This document shows positions 45,323-53,446 of a DNA stretch of 54,524 bases, piece after piece (the first letter of the stretch is position 1; each line of letters starts with the position of its first letter). The stretch lies in IMG/VR virus record IMGVR_UViG_3300031951_000211, positions 1-54,524 of that record; one strand, given 5' to 3'. The notes under the pieces were generated by a model. It saw only the letters and a list, made by a program, of their open reading frames with translations. It was not told the origin of the DNA and did no database searches. The translations under genes and the position numbers were made by a program. The stretch comes from a virus (lineage: Duplodnaviria > Caudoviricetes).

Positions 45323-45517
45323 ATGTATTTTTGCGTAAAATGTTCAGATGACGTAAACCCACGCCGTTGGGCATTAGGCAAACACACTTGTTTGCCTTGT
45401 GGTGAGAAAGTTGCACGTGCCTTTAAGCACTGCATTGTGCCAATGGCAAAGTCTAATTACCAACCAGTAACCGACCTTTCAACACTCAAACAACTCAACA
45501 AATATGCTAGAACTTAA
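45323..45517 (+). CDS. DksA/TraR-like C4 zinc-finger protein
   Basis: CVKC..V.PRR.ALG..TCLPCG; own promoter. Confidence 0.6.
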   Translation: MYFCVKCSDDVNPRRWALGKHTCLPCGEKVARAFKHCIVPMAKSNYQPVTDLSTLKQLNKYART

Positions 45518-45710
45518 AATTACTTGCCAAGATGCTGATGAAGCCAGGATCTACCTAAATGCACCGCAGTACCACAACTTGCTAGATGATCTACGCAATG
45601 CACTTCGCAATGCACAAAAGCATGGCAGTGATAGTGATGTTGTTCGTGTTGTGCAAAACTTTTTTCCTGATATTACCATTGCTTGTGACAACCACCAAGG
45701 GCCATACTAA
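45504..45710 (+). CDS. Hypothetical protein
   Basis: ORF in operon. Confidence 0.6.
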   Translation: MLELKITCQDADEARIYLNAPQYHNLLDDLRNALRNAQKHGSDSDVVRVVQNFFPDITIACDNHQGPY

Positions 45711-45843
45711 TGATTTTCAAACTACTAGACCAAGTATTTGTTTTATTTATTAAAACCCTAAGCTATATAGCTATTGGTTTGGTAGTAAGTCTTTGGTTCT
45801 TAGTGGCACTTGCCATTGTCGTTAACATTTATAAACTTTTTGT

Positions 45844-46158
45844 ATGAAACAGCCCAAATATAACATTACTCGTGAATTCAATAACTGGTTTTTTGACGAA
45901 GCCTATCCAGATACTGGTAGCAATCGTGCACAAGTTTACATGAGTGGCAATCCTGGTAACAAAGAGAATCGTGACTACTGGATGCGTCAGGCATTTGTAG
46001 CTGGAGCCAACTCTATGTGGGACGAAATCAACTTGTGCCTGGCTCAGTACGCTTGTGCAGTTGAGGGTCTAGACCCAGAACTGGTAACTCCCAGCGAAGT
46101 CTATGATCGTGCTCGTGAAAACTTGCACAGCCACATCAATCAGCTGGAGCTGTTTTAA
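45844..46158 (+). CDS. Hypothetical protein
   Basis: ORF in operon. Confidence 0.6.
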   Translation: MKQPKYNITREFNNWFFDEAYPDTGSNRAQVYMSGNPGNKENRDYWMRQAFVAGANSMWDEINLCLAQYACAVEGLDPELVTPSEVYDRARENLHSHINQLELF

Positions 46159-46373
46159 TGAAGCTACGCAAAATGCGTCGCCGAGCCAACCAAAAGCGTG
46201 GCTTTGGTTATGGCAAACGCTGCTCAGAATACTTTCGTGGATGTATAGTTTGCGAAGCCTACCACTACTACGACGAACACAAACGTTGGCCTACATTTGA
46301 AGAAGCCAGCGAAATTTGTAAGCAACACATTTTTGAGGATTGTTATGAAAGTAAAGATTGGACCGTACCCTAA
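46158..46373 (+). CDS. Hypothetical protein
   Basis: RC.EYFRGCIVCEA. Confidence 0.5.
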   Translation: MKLRKMRRRANQKRGFGYGKRCSEYFRGCIVCEAYHYYDEHKRWPTFEEASEICKQHIFEDCYESKDWTVP

Positions 46374-47019
46374 GTGGGTGGGACCTTACCAAATCGCAGA
46401 AGCACTCTGCTTTTGGGCTAAGCCACAAACTGACGAACATGGCTTTAAGGTGAAGCCTGACTGGGTTCACGACTTTGGTACTTGGCTGGCTGAGAACCAA
46501 GATGGTTCGGATAGCTGGATTACCAAAACCTGTCAGTGGATTCAAGACCGCCGTCAACGCCAGGTTTATGTTCACATTGACAACTACGATGTGTGGGGTG
46601 CTGACCATACACTAAGCCTAATCGCACTGCCACTGCTGGAAAAACTAAAGCAGCACAAGCACGGTTCACCATGTGTTGACGACGAAGATGTTCCCGAAGG
46701 TCTGGGACTACGCTCAACCGAAGCGCCGCCAAAGGAAAATGACTGGGATATTGACGATAATCACCACGATCGCTGGGACTGGGTCTTAGACGAAATTATC
46801 TGGGCACACCGCCAAGAAGCGCTTGGTGATCCAGATCAAGATGCTTGCTGGCAACACGATGTACCTGATGAGTGCTGGCCGTTTCCAAGCGGCAAAACTG
46901 GCATTGACAAAATGTTGGGCAACGTCAAATGCGATGATGAAGCACTTGAGGCTTTTACAAAGCGTAAACAAAACGGATTTCGTTTATTCGGCAAATACTA
47001 TCAAGCACTGTGGGATTAA
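46345..47019 (+). CDS. Conserved phage protein
   Basis: MKVKIGPY, DHTL..I.LP.L, GFRLFGKYYQALWD. Confidence 0.75.
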   Translation: MKVKIGPYPKWVGPYQIAEALCFWAKPQTDEHGFKVKPDWVHDFGTWLAENQDGSDSWITKTCQWIQDRRQRQVYVHIDNYDVWGADHTLSLIALPLLEKLKQHKHGSPCVDDEDVPEGLGLRSTEAPPKENDWDIDDNHHDRWDWVLDEIIWAHRQEALGDPDQDACWQHDVPDECWPFPSGKTGIDKMLGNVKCDDEALEAFTKRKQNGFRLFGKYYQALWD

Positions 47020-47022
47020 ACT

Positions 47023-47283
47023 ATGACACTTTTAACTATTGTAGCAATAATTTGTTTGGCGACAATTGTTGGTGGGCTGACATGGTGGGCACTAAATGAT
47101 CGCACACTAAACTGCACCAACAACGGTTGTACTCAAGACTGTGATCAAGGACGTCGTTGCACTTGTGGTTGGCCTGGTACAACTGAGCAGTGCGCTACCA
47201 CTTGTTATAAAACTCAACGCCAGCATCAACTTGAAGACGAGTTTAACAACTCAAACTGGCCGTTTCCAGTTAACAAACCCTAA
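47023..47283 (+). CDS. Membrane-anchored Cys-rich protein
   Basis: TM + GCTQDCDQGRRCTC + WPFP. Confidence 0.6.
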   Translation: MTLLTIVAIICLATIVGGLTWWALNDRTLNCTNNGCTQDCDQGRRCTCGWPGTTEQCATTCYKTQRQHQLEDEFNNSNWPFPVNKP

Positions 47284-47380
47284 ATGTTGTTTTTCGGCAA
47301 CACATAAAAGCCACAATTGCAGAAATGCACTTGTGGCTTTGTGCTTTTTGGGTTATAATATATACTTAAACGGAGAAATT

Positions 47381-47635
47381 ATGATTAAACCTGGAACACT
47401 TTGTATGATTCGTGGCGTGCCAAGCAAACAACTTGGCCACGACTGCAACGGCAAGATTGTGGTTGCTGAGCAAAACATTTTTGACGATGTGTGGAAGATT
47501 ACGCCAGAGGTGGTTACCGCCGTAGGCGGCGGACTGCGGAGCTTGTTTGCCAGCAAAGCCAAGTACTTGCACCCACTGGACAATCCACCAGAAGATGCTG
47601 TAGATGAATACTCAACCCGAAAGGAACTAGCATGA
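47381..47635 (+). CDS. Hypothetical protein
   Basis: Promoter 47331-47359 and GGAG RBS. Confidence 0.6.
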   Translation: MIKPGTLCMIRGVPSKQLGHDCNGKIVVAEQNIFDDVWKITPEVVTAVGGGLRSLFASKAKYLHPLDNPPEDAVDEYSTRKELA

Positions 47636-47835
47636 AATTTGCACAACGCAGAACAGTTTACGCTGATCTCAAAGATTACTGCCACCTGGCTAGGCCAGTT
47701 GACATGGTAGAAGTATGTGAGTGGGCAAACGGCGAAGGCTGGGATGTTGCACTTGGTAACAGAACTTTTCAGTTAACACACGGCGAGCTGCAAGCTCTCG
47801 CAGTGCTTTGCAATGTTGCACATCCAAAGGAATAA
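47632..47835 (+). CDS. Hypothetical protein
   Basis: EVCEWANGEGWDV. Confidence 0.65.
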   Translation: MKFAQRRTVYADLKDYCHLARPVDMVEVCEWANGEGWDVALGNRTFQLTHGELQALAVLCNVAHPKE

Positions 47836-47836
47836 C

Positions 47837-48187
47837 ATGACACAAAAAATTGTAATCAATGCTTGCCACGGCGGGTTTGGCCTTTCAGATGCAGCCACTG
47901 AATTGTACGGCAAGTTAACACACCAAAACTTAGTACGAGGCTCAGAATCACTTTTTGGTAAAAGCAGTTGGTATGTCAATGAAATTGCAGACGAAAACTT
48001 CTTTTATGACGGAAACATTCCACGAGACTGCCGATACTTAGTGCAGGTTGTCCAACAACTTGGTCTAGCCGCCAATGGCCGCTACAGCACTTTAAAAGTT
48101 GTGGACGTGCCAGATGACGTTGAGTGGTTTATTGCCGAATACGACGGCTGGGAACACGTAGCTGAAATGCACAGAACTTGGGGTTAA
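47837..48187 (+). CDS. Conserved phage protein
   Basis: KIVINACHGGFGLS...EYDGWE. Confidence 0.7.
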   Translation: MTQKIVINACHGGFGLSDAATELYGKLTHQNLVRGSESLFGKSSWYVNEIADENFFYDGNIPRDCRYLVQVVQQLGLAANGRYSTLKVVDVPDDVEWFIAEYDGWEHVAEMHRTWG

Positions 48188-48188
48188 C

Positions 48189-48503
48189 ATGAACCTAAAA
48201 CAAATACTAGACCAAACACCAAGACTGCGAGCCTGGGCTGCAATCGGCCCAGTGCAACACGCAGAATTAACGCAGTTTGCTGAAGCAGTGCTAAACCAAC
48301 GTGCTGCTGGTGTTACTGCTGATGGATTTTTCGTGGAACCAGGCAATCGTGTATGGATACTAGACAGCTTGGGTTCGCCTAAACCCACCACAGTGCAAAA
48401 GACTCAAGCACTCACAGACTACTACTTATTCGGCCAGATTCCAGTTTCGGAAAGCTGGCTAGACCAACAAAACCTACTAAACCACATTAAACACAACAAA
48501 TGA
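48189..48503 (+). CDS. Hypothetical protein
   Basis: ORF in operon. Confidence 0.6.
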   Translation: MNLKQILDQTPRLRAWAAIGPVQHAELTQFAEAVLNQRAAGVTADGFFVEPGNRVWILDSLGSPKPTTVQKTQALTDYYLFGQIPVSESWLDQQNLLNHIKHNK

Positions 48504-48685
48504 GCCACTTTTACAAATCTATCGCGCCGCCTCAAGCAAACTGGCGTTGGAGTTTTGGGAATAGCACAGATGTGTACTTTCAGTTTTACATCGCTAAACC
48601 ACCAAACCGACTACAACGCTGGCTAACACACAAACTACTAGGCATCCGCTGGGAACCTGTACCACCTACTAAACCACAACTATGA
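48500..48685 (+). CDS. Hypothetical protein
   Basis: ORF in operon. Confidence 0.55.
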   Translation: MSHFYKSIAPPQANWRWSFGNSTDVYFQFYIAKPPNRLQRWLTHKLLGIRWEPVPPTKPQL

Positions 48686-48999
48686 AATCCACACACAAAA
48701 TTGCTTACAACTACTGCATGGCCAACATTCAGCAACGAGCTGGGGAGGAGGCCGTCAGCCAAGCTTTTGCCGCCTTAGGGTCGGATAACTCGATCTTTGG
48801 TCTAGCAGAACCCATTGAAGGTGCTTATACAGAACTTGTCGAACAGCTACTTGGCCCAGAACTTTTTGAGTGGCTGATGTGGTGGATGTATGAAACTAAC
48901 TGTGGCACTAAAGCTATGGGTTTTGAAATTGATGGTGTAGACTACGACCCCACACAAATGACACTGTTTAAATTCTTGGAGATTGTTGATGCTGAATAA
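48682..48999 (+). CDS. Hypothetical protein
   Basis: EWLMWWMYETNCG. Confidence 0.6.
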   Translation: MKSTHKIAYNYCMANIQQRAGEEAVSQAFAALGSDNSIFGLAEPIEGAYTELVEQLLGPELFEWLMWWMYETNCGTKAMGFEIDGVDYDPTQMTLFKFLEIVDAE

Positions 49000-49149
49000 A
49001 TTACCGCCCATTAAAGTCTGTGTAGCCATTGCTGTCTTGGTAGCAATGCTGGTAGCGGCAGTAATAACAACACCAATTATAGGTGGAGTACTGGTGGTTG
49101 CACTGCTGTTAGTCTGGTCTATTAACACTCTGGTAGAGCACTACATTCA

Positions 49150-49407
49150 ATGAGCTATAAAATTCAATACCTAACAGCCAAACTACAAGAAGAAGCGGCT
49201 GAAATAATTCAAGCGGTTTCGAAAATTAACCGCTTTGGTGAAAACAACAAGCACCCAGATCGTACAACCACTAATCTCCAAGAACTGGTAGGCGAACTCG
49301 AAGATTTTCTTGCAATTGTCGCGGCTCTTGAGCACTATCAATACATCGACTTGACCCTAAGCCGAGACCAAATAGCCGTCAAAGCAAAAGCATTACTACA
49401 AGGCTAA
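49150..49407 (+). CDS. MazG-like nucleotide pyrophosphohydrolase
   Basis: LQEEAAEIIQAVSK..RFG...ELED. Confidence 0.7.
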   Translation: MSYKIQYLTAKLQEEAAEIIQAVSKINRFGENNKHPDRTTTNLQELVGELEDFLAIVAALEHYQYIDLTLSRDQIAVKAKALLQG

Positions 49408-49408
49408 A

Positions 49409-49684
49409 ATGTTCACAAATACACGAGATTACACAAAAACCTGGCATACTTTTGCTGGCTACGATTTCTTGGGAAATCCACAATTCACAACAGAAACGCA
49501 GCACGTGCTAATTGGCAGATTCGATGAATTCTTTATTCATTACCTAAGCGACCATTTAGCACACCTACAAATAAACCCCAATGACGACGGGCTAGAACGT
49601 GCCGAACAGTTCCGGGAATTGTATATTCAATGCCGCTTGGATTGTCAGCACGAATACGAAAAAGACCAGGCCGTATCCCCATAG
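49409..49684 (+). CDS. Hypothetical protein
   Basis: ORF in operon. Confidence 0.55.
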   Translation: MFTNTRDYTKTWHTFAGYDFLGNPQFTTETQHVLIGRFDEFFIHYLSDHLAHLQINPNDDGLERAEQFRELYIQCRLDCQHEYEKDQAVSP

Positions 49685-49748
49685 AAAAAATACACCTTGC
49701 TTTCTTCCAAAAAGTATGCTATAATTTAATATAACTTCTAGAGAGTTA

Positions 49749-49872
49749 AGATTGTAGTTATAGTGATAAATTCACTAAATGCGGTAGCTTGAAACTTAGG
49801 AGCCCTGTCGACGTTAGGTTTCAACGGCTGCTGCAATTTAGGGTCAATTTATCTAGTATAACTAAACAATCT
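49749..49872 (+). ncRNA. Long imperfect hairpin RNA candidate
   Basis: AGATTGT..AGTTATA..GATAAATT..CTAAAT..GCGGTAGC..TTGAAACTTA pairs segment-wise with its mirror; promoter about 49697-49725. Confidence 0.55.
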
Positions 49873-50013
49873 CGCATTGCTGATTGGGGCAACTTTTTTG
49901 TTTTTTATTGCTTTGTGTATTTGTTATGTACCAAAGCAATTTTTGTGGGTTGAGTATTCGTCCCACCTTTTCCACCCGACACGGTTCGGGATTTTTTATT
50001 TTTAGGCGTTATT

Positions 50014-50826
50014 ATGTCATTTTTAAATCGCTACACAGGAGTAGTGTTAACAAAGCAGGATATTTCAGCATATCCTTTTGAAGAGTTCGCGGAAGCCACC
50101 TTAGAACAACTAGAAGAAGTTGCACAGCGTCAACGGATTCCACAGTATAATTCGTGGATGATGCCACAAATGCTTGCTAAGTTCGGCAGCTTTAAGCCAG
50201 TGTGGAAGGATTCAAAGATTGATGCAGCACAAACACTTATGCAGAATTTGGGTTCCGACCCTAAACTGCGCGGTATGTACTTGGTAGCCACAAAACTTTC
50301 ACGTGGTCAGCTAATCCAAAAACAAAGCTCGCCACAAGGTGCTCACTATGGAGCACTAGTACCGCTTGTGTTGGCAGCCTTTAAAAAGTACCAGAACATT
50401 CCTTATAGTTCATGGAGTCGTGACGATATCAAGTATGTTGTAGACAAAAATCTAGCACAAGCCATGATGCTAACAGAAGTTCCACAACTATCACTAGAAC
50501 GACTACTAGAAATTCGTGAGATTGGTTTAACAGCCAAAAGTGGTCGAACTGAGGGTCAGACCAAGAACCCGCTTTCAACATGGTCCCTGACTGGTATCCA
50601 AGATACCGAATTGGGTCACCTGCCTAAGCTGGCGGTCACAATGCTTACACAAATTTGGTTAGCACACCCAACCATTCGCAACGAATATATGGTACTAGAC
50701 CCTGTTAATTGGGACAATGTTCCACAGCCGCTAGTATCCAACGATATTTTTAAGCCGGCAGCACCAGTTGCGCCAGTTAAGACTCCAACAAAGCAAGACA
50801 ACAGTTACTTGCCTTGGGAGGTTTAA
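50014..50826 (+). CDS. Conserved T5-like early protein
   Basis: YGALVPLVLAAFKKYQNIPY..W, MLTQIWLA. Confidence 0.7.
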   Translation: MSFLNRYTGVVLTKQDISAYPFEEFAEATLEQLEEVAQRQRIPQYNSWMMPQMLAKFGSFKPVWKDSKIDAAQTLMQNLGSDPKLRGMYLVATKLSRGQLIQKQSSPQGAHYGALVPLVLAAFKKYQNIPYSSWSRDDIKYVVDKNLAQAMMLTEVPQLSLERLLEIREIGLTAKSGRTEGQTKNPLSTWSLTGIQDTELGHLPKLAVTMLTQIWLAHPTIRNEYMVLDPVNWDNVPQPLVSNDIFKPAAPVAPVKTPTKQDNSYLPWEV

Positions 50827-50827
50827 A

Positions 50828-51154
50828 ATGCGTTATACCAAAGAAATTTGTGACCACATGGTCCAACAGTACACTGCAGGTGTTTCGGTGCCGGACCTAG
50901 CTTTAGAGCTTGACGTGCCAGAGCGGAGCGTAATTGCCAAGCTGAGCAGCCTCGGGGTGTACCAAAAAAAGTCATATGTCAACAAGCGCGGTGAAATTCC
51001 AGTTAAAAAGTCAGAGCACATCGAACGAATTGCACATTTGCTCAACACCAACCTAGAATTGCTGGAATCGCTGGAAAAGGTGAACAAAACAGTGCTGGTA
51101 ATGATTGAGCGTGCTTTATCTGACCCTAAATCGACACAATCGGACAAAATTTGA
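50828..51154 (+). CDS. T5 A2-like DNA-binding protein (paralog 1)
   Basis: YT.E...Y.AG.SV..LA..L....RSVIAKLS..GVY...ESLEKVNK. Confidence 0.75.
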   Translation: MRYTKEICDHMVQQYTAGVSVPDLALELDVPERSVIAKLSSLGVYQKKSYVNKRGEIPVKKSEHIERIAHLLNTNLELLESLEKVNKTVLVMIERALSDPKSTQSDKI

Positions 51155-51176
51155 CTTAATTTTTGTTAAATGCAGC

Positions 51177-51211
51177 AAAGCCCCACTATCTTCGGATAAT
51201 GGGGCTTTTTT
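51177..51211 (+). terminator. Intrinsic terminator
   Basis: AAAGCCCCA...TGGGGCTTTTTT. Confidence 0.85.
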
Positions 51212-51259
51212 ATTGCCTCGAATTTGCCACGGCTTAGGGTCAGATAAGTGAATATCCAC

Positions 51260-51298
51260 TTGACAGGATAGGTTACCCACTGGTATAATTTGGCGCAG
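51260..51298 (+). promoter_or_regulatory. ORF-less sigma70 promoter + TTGGCGCAG (copy 1 of 4)
   Basis: TTGACA-18-TATAAT-TTGGCGCAG; also 53087, 53363, 54418. Confidence 0.7.
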
Positions 51299-51327
51299 AC
51301 TGGGCAACACAAGTTAGGCAACCAAAA

Positions 51328-51365
51328 CAAAAGCCCCTGGCAGGGCGACTGCGCAGGGGCTTTTG
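51328..51365. terminator. Bidirectional terminator closing the large ncRNA
   Basis: CAAAAGCCCCTG...CAGGGGCTTTTG. Confidence 0.8.
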
Positions 51366-51904
51366 AACTCTCGAGGTTTTTTACTCTGTTCAGGAACATT
51401 ACTGCGGAGTAACCAACTCCGACTCTTACTACCTGACCCTAAAGTATAGCAGTCGTGCCTGGTGTTGTGGTTAATTCCAGAGTACGCTTGTCTTTTGTGG
51501 GGAGTTTGGGTTGCACGTTTCAGTCCTGGGTGCGTCTCGGGCATTGTCCAGGATATCCGTGACTTACAGTATTGGTTCGGGTCTTCACCCCACCACATTT
51601 TTTGCGACTTTGGGCTTTGTCGGCTTACGGGTCCACCGCTTAGCAACCTCACATAATTTTTAATGACCCTTGTGTGGTTTGGGGTCGTGCTTTGTTACGG
51701 TTGGCTCCGACTAGATAATTTTACGAACCCTCTGCAGTTTAGGGTCGAACAACCTTACGGGTTGTTATTGCTCGGGCACTATATAGTCCGCCACACTAGC
51801 TATTTATAAGACCTTTTAACGTGGGTACAGGATAAGACGACATGGGATATAGGGACGGTTCCCTAGCATTACTCATTTCCAGAACAAGTCTGGGTTTTCA
51901 TCCT
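51365..51904 (-). ncRNA. Large structured ncRNA candidate (about 540 nt) downstream of the hammerhead cut
   Basis: No credible ORF, many hairpins, bounded by ribozyme site and terminator. Confidence 0.55.
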
Positions 51905-52001
51905 GACCCTAAACTGCGCCAGCGAGCGATTTGGGAAGATCGCTGCAAACTGTTGCTGAGGTTTAAGGTTTCGCACAACTTGCATGTGCTCATCAGAGGG
52001 T
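51878..52001 (-). ncRNA. Type I hammerhead ribozyme
   Basis: CCT-CTGATGA-GCACA-TGCAAGT-TGTGC-GAAA-CCTTAAAC...GTTTAGG-GTC^AGG; loop II GCAAGT complementary to ACTTGT (51884-51889). Confidence 0.85.
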
Positions 52002-52076
52002 TGGTACTCCCGAACGGTTTCGATCCGTCTTTTCCGCCTTGAAAGGGCAGCGTCCTAGCCAGTAGACGACGGGAGC
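52002..52076 (-). tRNA. tRNA-Glu (TTC)
   Basis: Cloverleaf, CCA; isolated from the main cluster. Confidence 0.92.
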
Positions 52077-52265
52077 ATGTAAGTTGGCTGGTGGTAGAGG
52101 CCTTCGCCACCAATTAAGTTGTTATCCAGATGCGCACAGAGCTGGTCTCATAACACCGAATTCTTTAGGGCTGTGGCTCGGTGATTTCCCACAATTAAGA
52201 CGGTATCACATAGCAGTAATATATCGCTGTGTCCGCTGTCACCCAATCTATTAATTTATATAAGT

Positions 52266-52294
52266 ATTATACAGTAATCAAGGAAAAGAATCAA
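52266..52294 (-). promoter_or_regulatory. Promoter of the tRNA-Glu/hammerhead transcript
   Basis: TTGATT-17-TATAAT. Confidence 0.75.
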
Positions 52295-52446
52295 CAAAGA
52301 AATTCCAATCGTTTCCCATAGACTAGCTTCGCAGGTGAGACGTCATTCAGTGACTGGTTAGTGGTTGCGGCTGCTTGGGCAGAACTGGCACCGGTTGAGT
52401 AATCACACGGTATTCATTAAGCCATTCCCGATTGGGGTTCTTTGTT
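52293..52446 (-). ncRNA. Candidate ncRNA of about 155 nt
   Basis: Closing stem AACAAAGAA..CCAATCG/CGATTGG..TTCTTTGTT; own promoter 52462-52490. Confidence 0.55.
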
Positions 52447-52521
52447 AATTTCTAAGATATTATTATATCAAAAGTGGATTGAGGCATCAAGTTAAAATTT
52501 CTTGACCCTCAACCGTGGCAG

Positions 52522-52833
52522 TCAGGCCAGTTCGGCAACAAGTCGTTCCAAGACTTCGTGGTTGGCTTTTTCCAGAGATTCAAACACTTCTGGAGCCACA
52601 CCGCAAGCGTGTGCCAGTTTGTCAACCAGCTCAGACTTTTTCACACGAGCCACACCGACCTGGCGGGTCTTGGCCACGTACACGCCTTCGCGCGACAGCT
52701 TAGCCACAACCGACCTGACAGTTTTGCCCAGGGTCTCGGCGAGTTGTTCCACGGTCTTACCCGACTGGTAGCCAGTAACGAGTTCAACAGTTTGTTCAGG
52801 GGTGTAATTTTGAGTGGTTGCTTTAGTCATCAT
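52522..52833 (-). CDS. T5 A2-like DNA-binding protein (paralog 2)
   Basis: NYTPEQT...LGKTVRSVVAKLSREGVYVAK...ESLEKAN. Confidence 0.8.
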   Translation of the reverse strand: MMTKATTQNYTPEQTVELVTGYQSGKTVEQLAETLGKTVRSVVAKLSREGVYVAKTRQVGVARVKKSELVDKLAHACGVAPEVFESLEKANHEVLERLVAELA

Positions 52834-52879
52834 ATGTCCTTTGATTGGTTTCTGCGCTGTTTAAGATATTATTATACTG

Positions 52880-53014
52880 TTAAAAGGGAACATCGTCAAA
52901 TTCAAAAATTTCGACTTGTGGAGTAGTATCACAAAACATTTCGCGGAGTTCTGCTTCCACAAATTCCGAGTAGTGCTCACTATGAAAATCTGCGAAAAAA
53001 TCACGTGTTGTCAT
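52880..53014 (-). CDS. Acidic 44-aa peptide ending EFDDVPF
   Basis: MTTRDFFADFHSEHYSEFVEAELREMFCDTTPQVEIFEFDDVPF; promoter 53042-53070, AAGGA RBS. Confidence 0.6.
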   Translation of the reverse strand: MTTRDFFADFHSEHYSEFVEAELREMFCDTTPQVEIFEFDDVPF

Positions 53015-53274
53015 CTGCCATTCCTTCTAAGTAATATAAATATTATACAAAACTTGATCAAACACTTCAAATAAAAAAATTTTCTCTTGACAATTTCGAT
53101 TCGGCACTGGTATAATTTGGCGCAGGTCCACCACTTGGCCGGAAAGCTCAAGGTTTTGCACTTGAAGGTTTCGCACTGGCGCAGCACCACTGTGCATGCG
53201 TACTAAAGTACACATATAAGCGTTTGCTTATATAAGTGCATGATTATATAAGCATACACGCAATTGCGAATGCA

Positions 53275-53293
53275 AATGAGAATGATTCGTATT
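53275..53293. promoter_or_regulatory. Fur-box-like site
   Basis: AATGAGAATGATTCGTATT, preceded by further AATGCA hexamers. Confidence 0.55.
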
Positions 53294-53302
53294 CCGCGTG
53301 GC

Positions 53303-53318
53303 GCAAGAATCGTGCCAA
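53303..53318 (-). promoter_or_regulatory. Sigma54 -24/-12 site
   Basis: TTGGCACGATTCTTGC. Confidence 0.6.
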
Positions 53319-53340
53319 GTGGCAGAAAAACAACACCCAA

Positions 53341-53446
53341 TTGTAACAGTTTGTAACAGTGCTTGACACGGGCGAAAATTATATGATATAATTTTGGCGC
53401 AGTTTTGCAAACAAAAGTATTCATTTTGGGTTTGCAAACAAAAGTA
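53341..53446. repeat. Short direct repeats
   Basis: TTGTAACAGT x2 (53341-53360); GCAAACAAAAGTA at 53406, 53434 and 54489. Confidence 0.8.

Noticed and set aside
5958-46871. Other CTGATGA matches as hammerheads
   Set aside because: The ones I saw lie in coding sequence without a stem II-GAAA arrangement.
51700-51795. Group I intron P7-like GACTA/ATATAGTCC on the + strand
   Set aside because: No flanking exons, opposite to the apparent transcription direction, and other core elements not found.
21438-51917. TTTAGGG as a telomeric repeat
   Set aside because: Single isolated copies inside a longer motif, never tandem.
51166-52042. ORFs 51166..51399, 51314..51652, 51462..51656 and 51842..52042
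   Set aside because: No recognisable motifs or clear RBS; they overlap terminators, the ribozyme or the tRNA.
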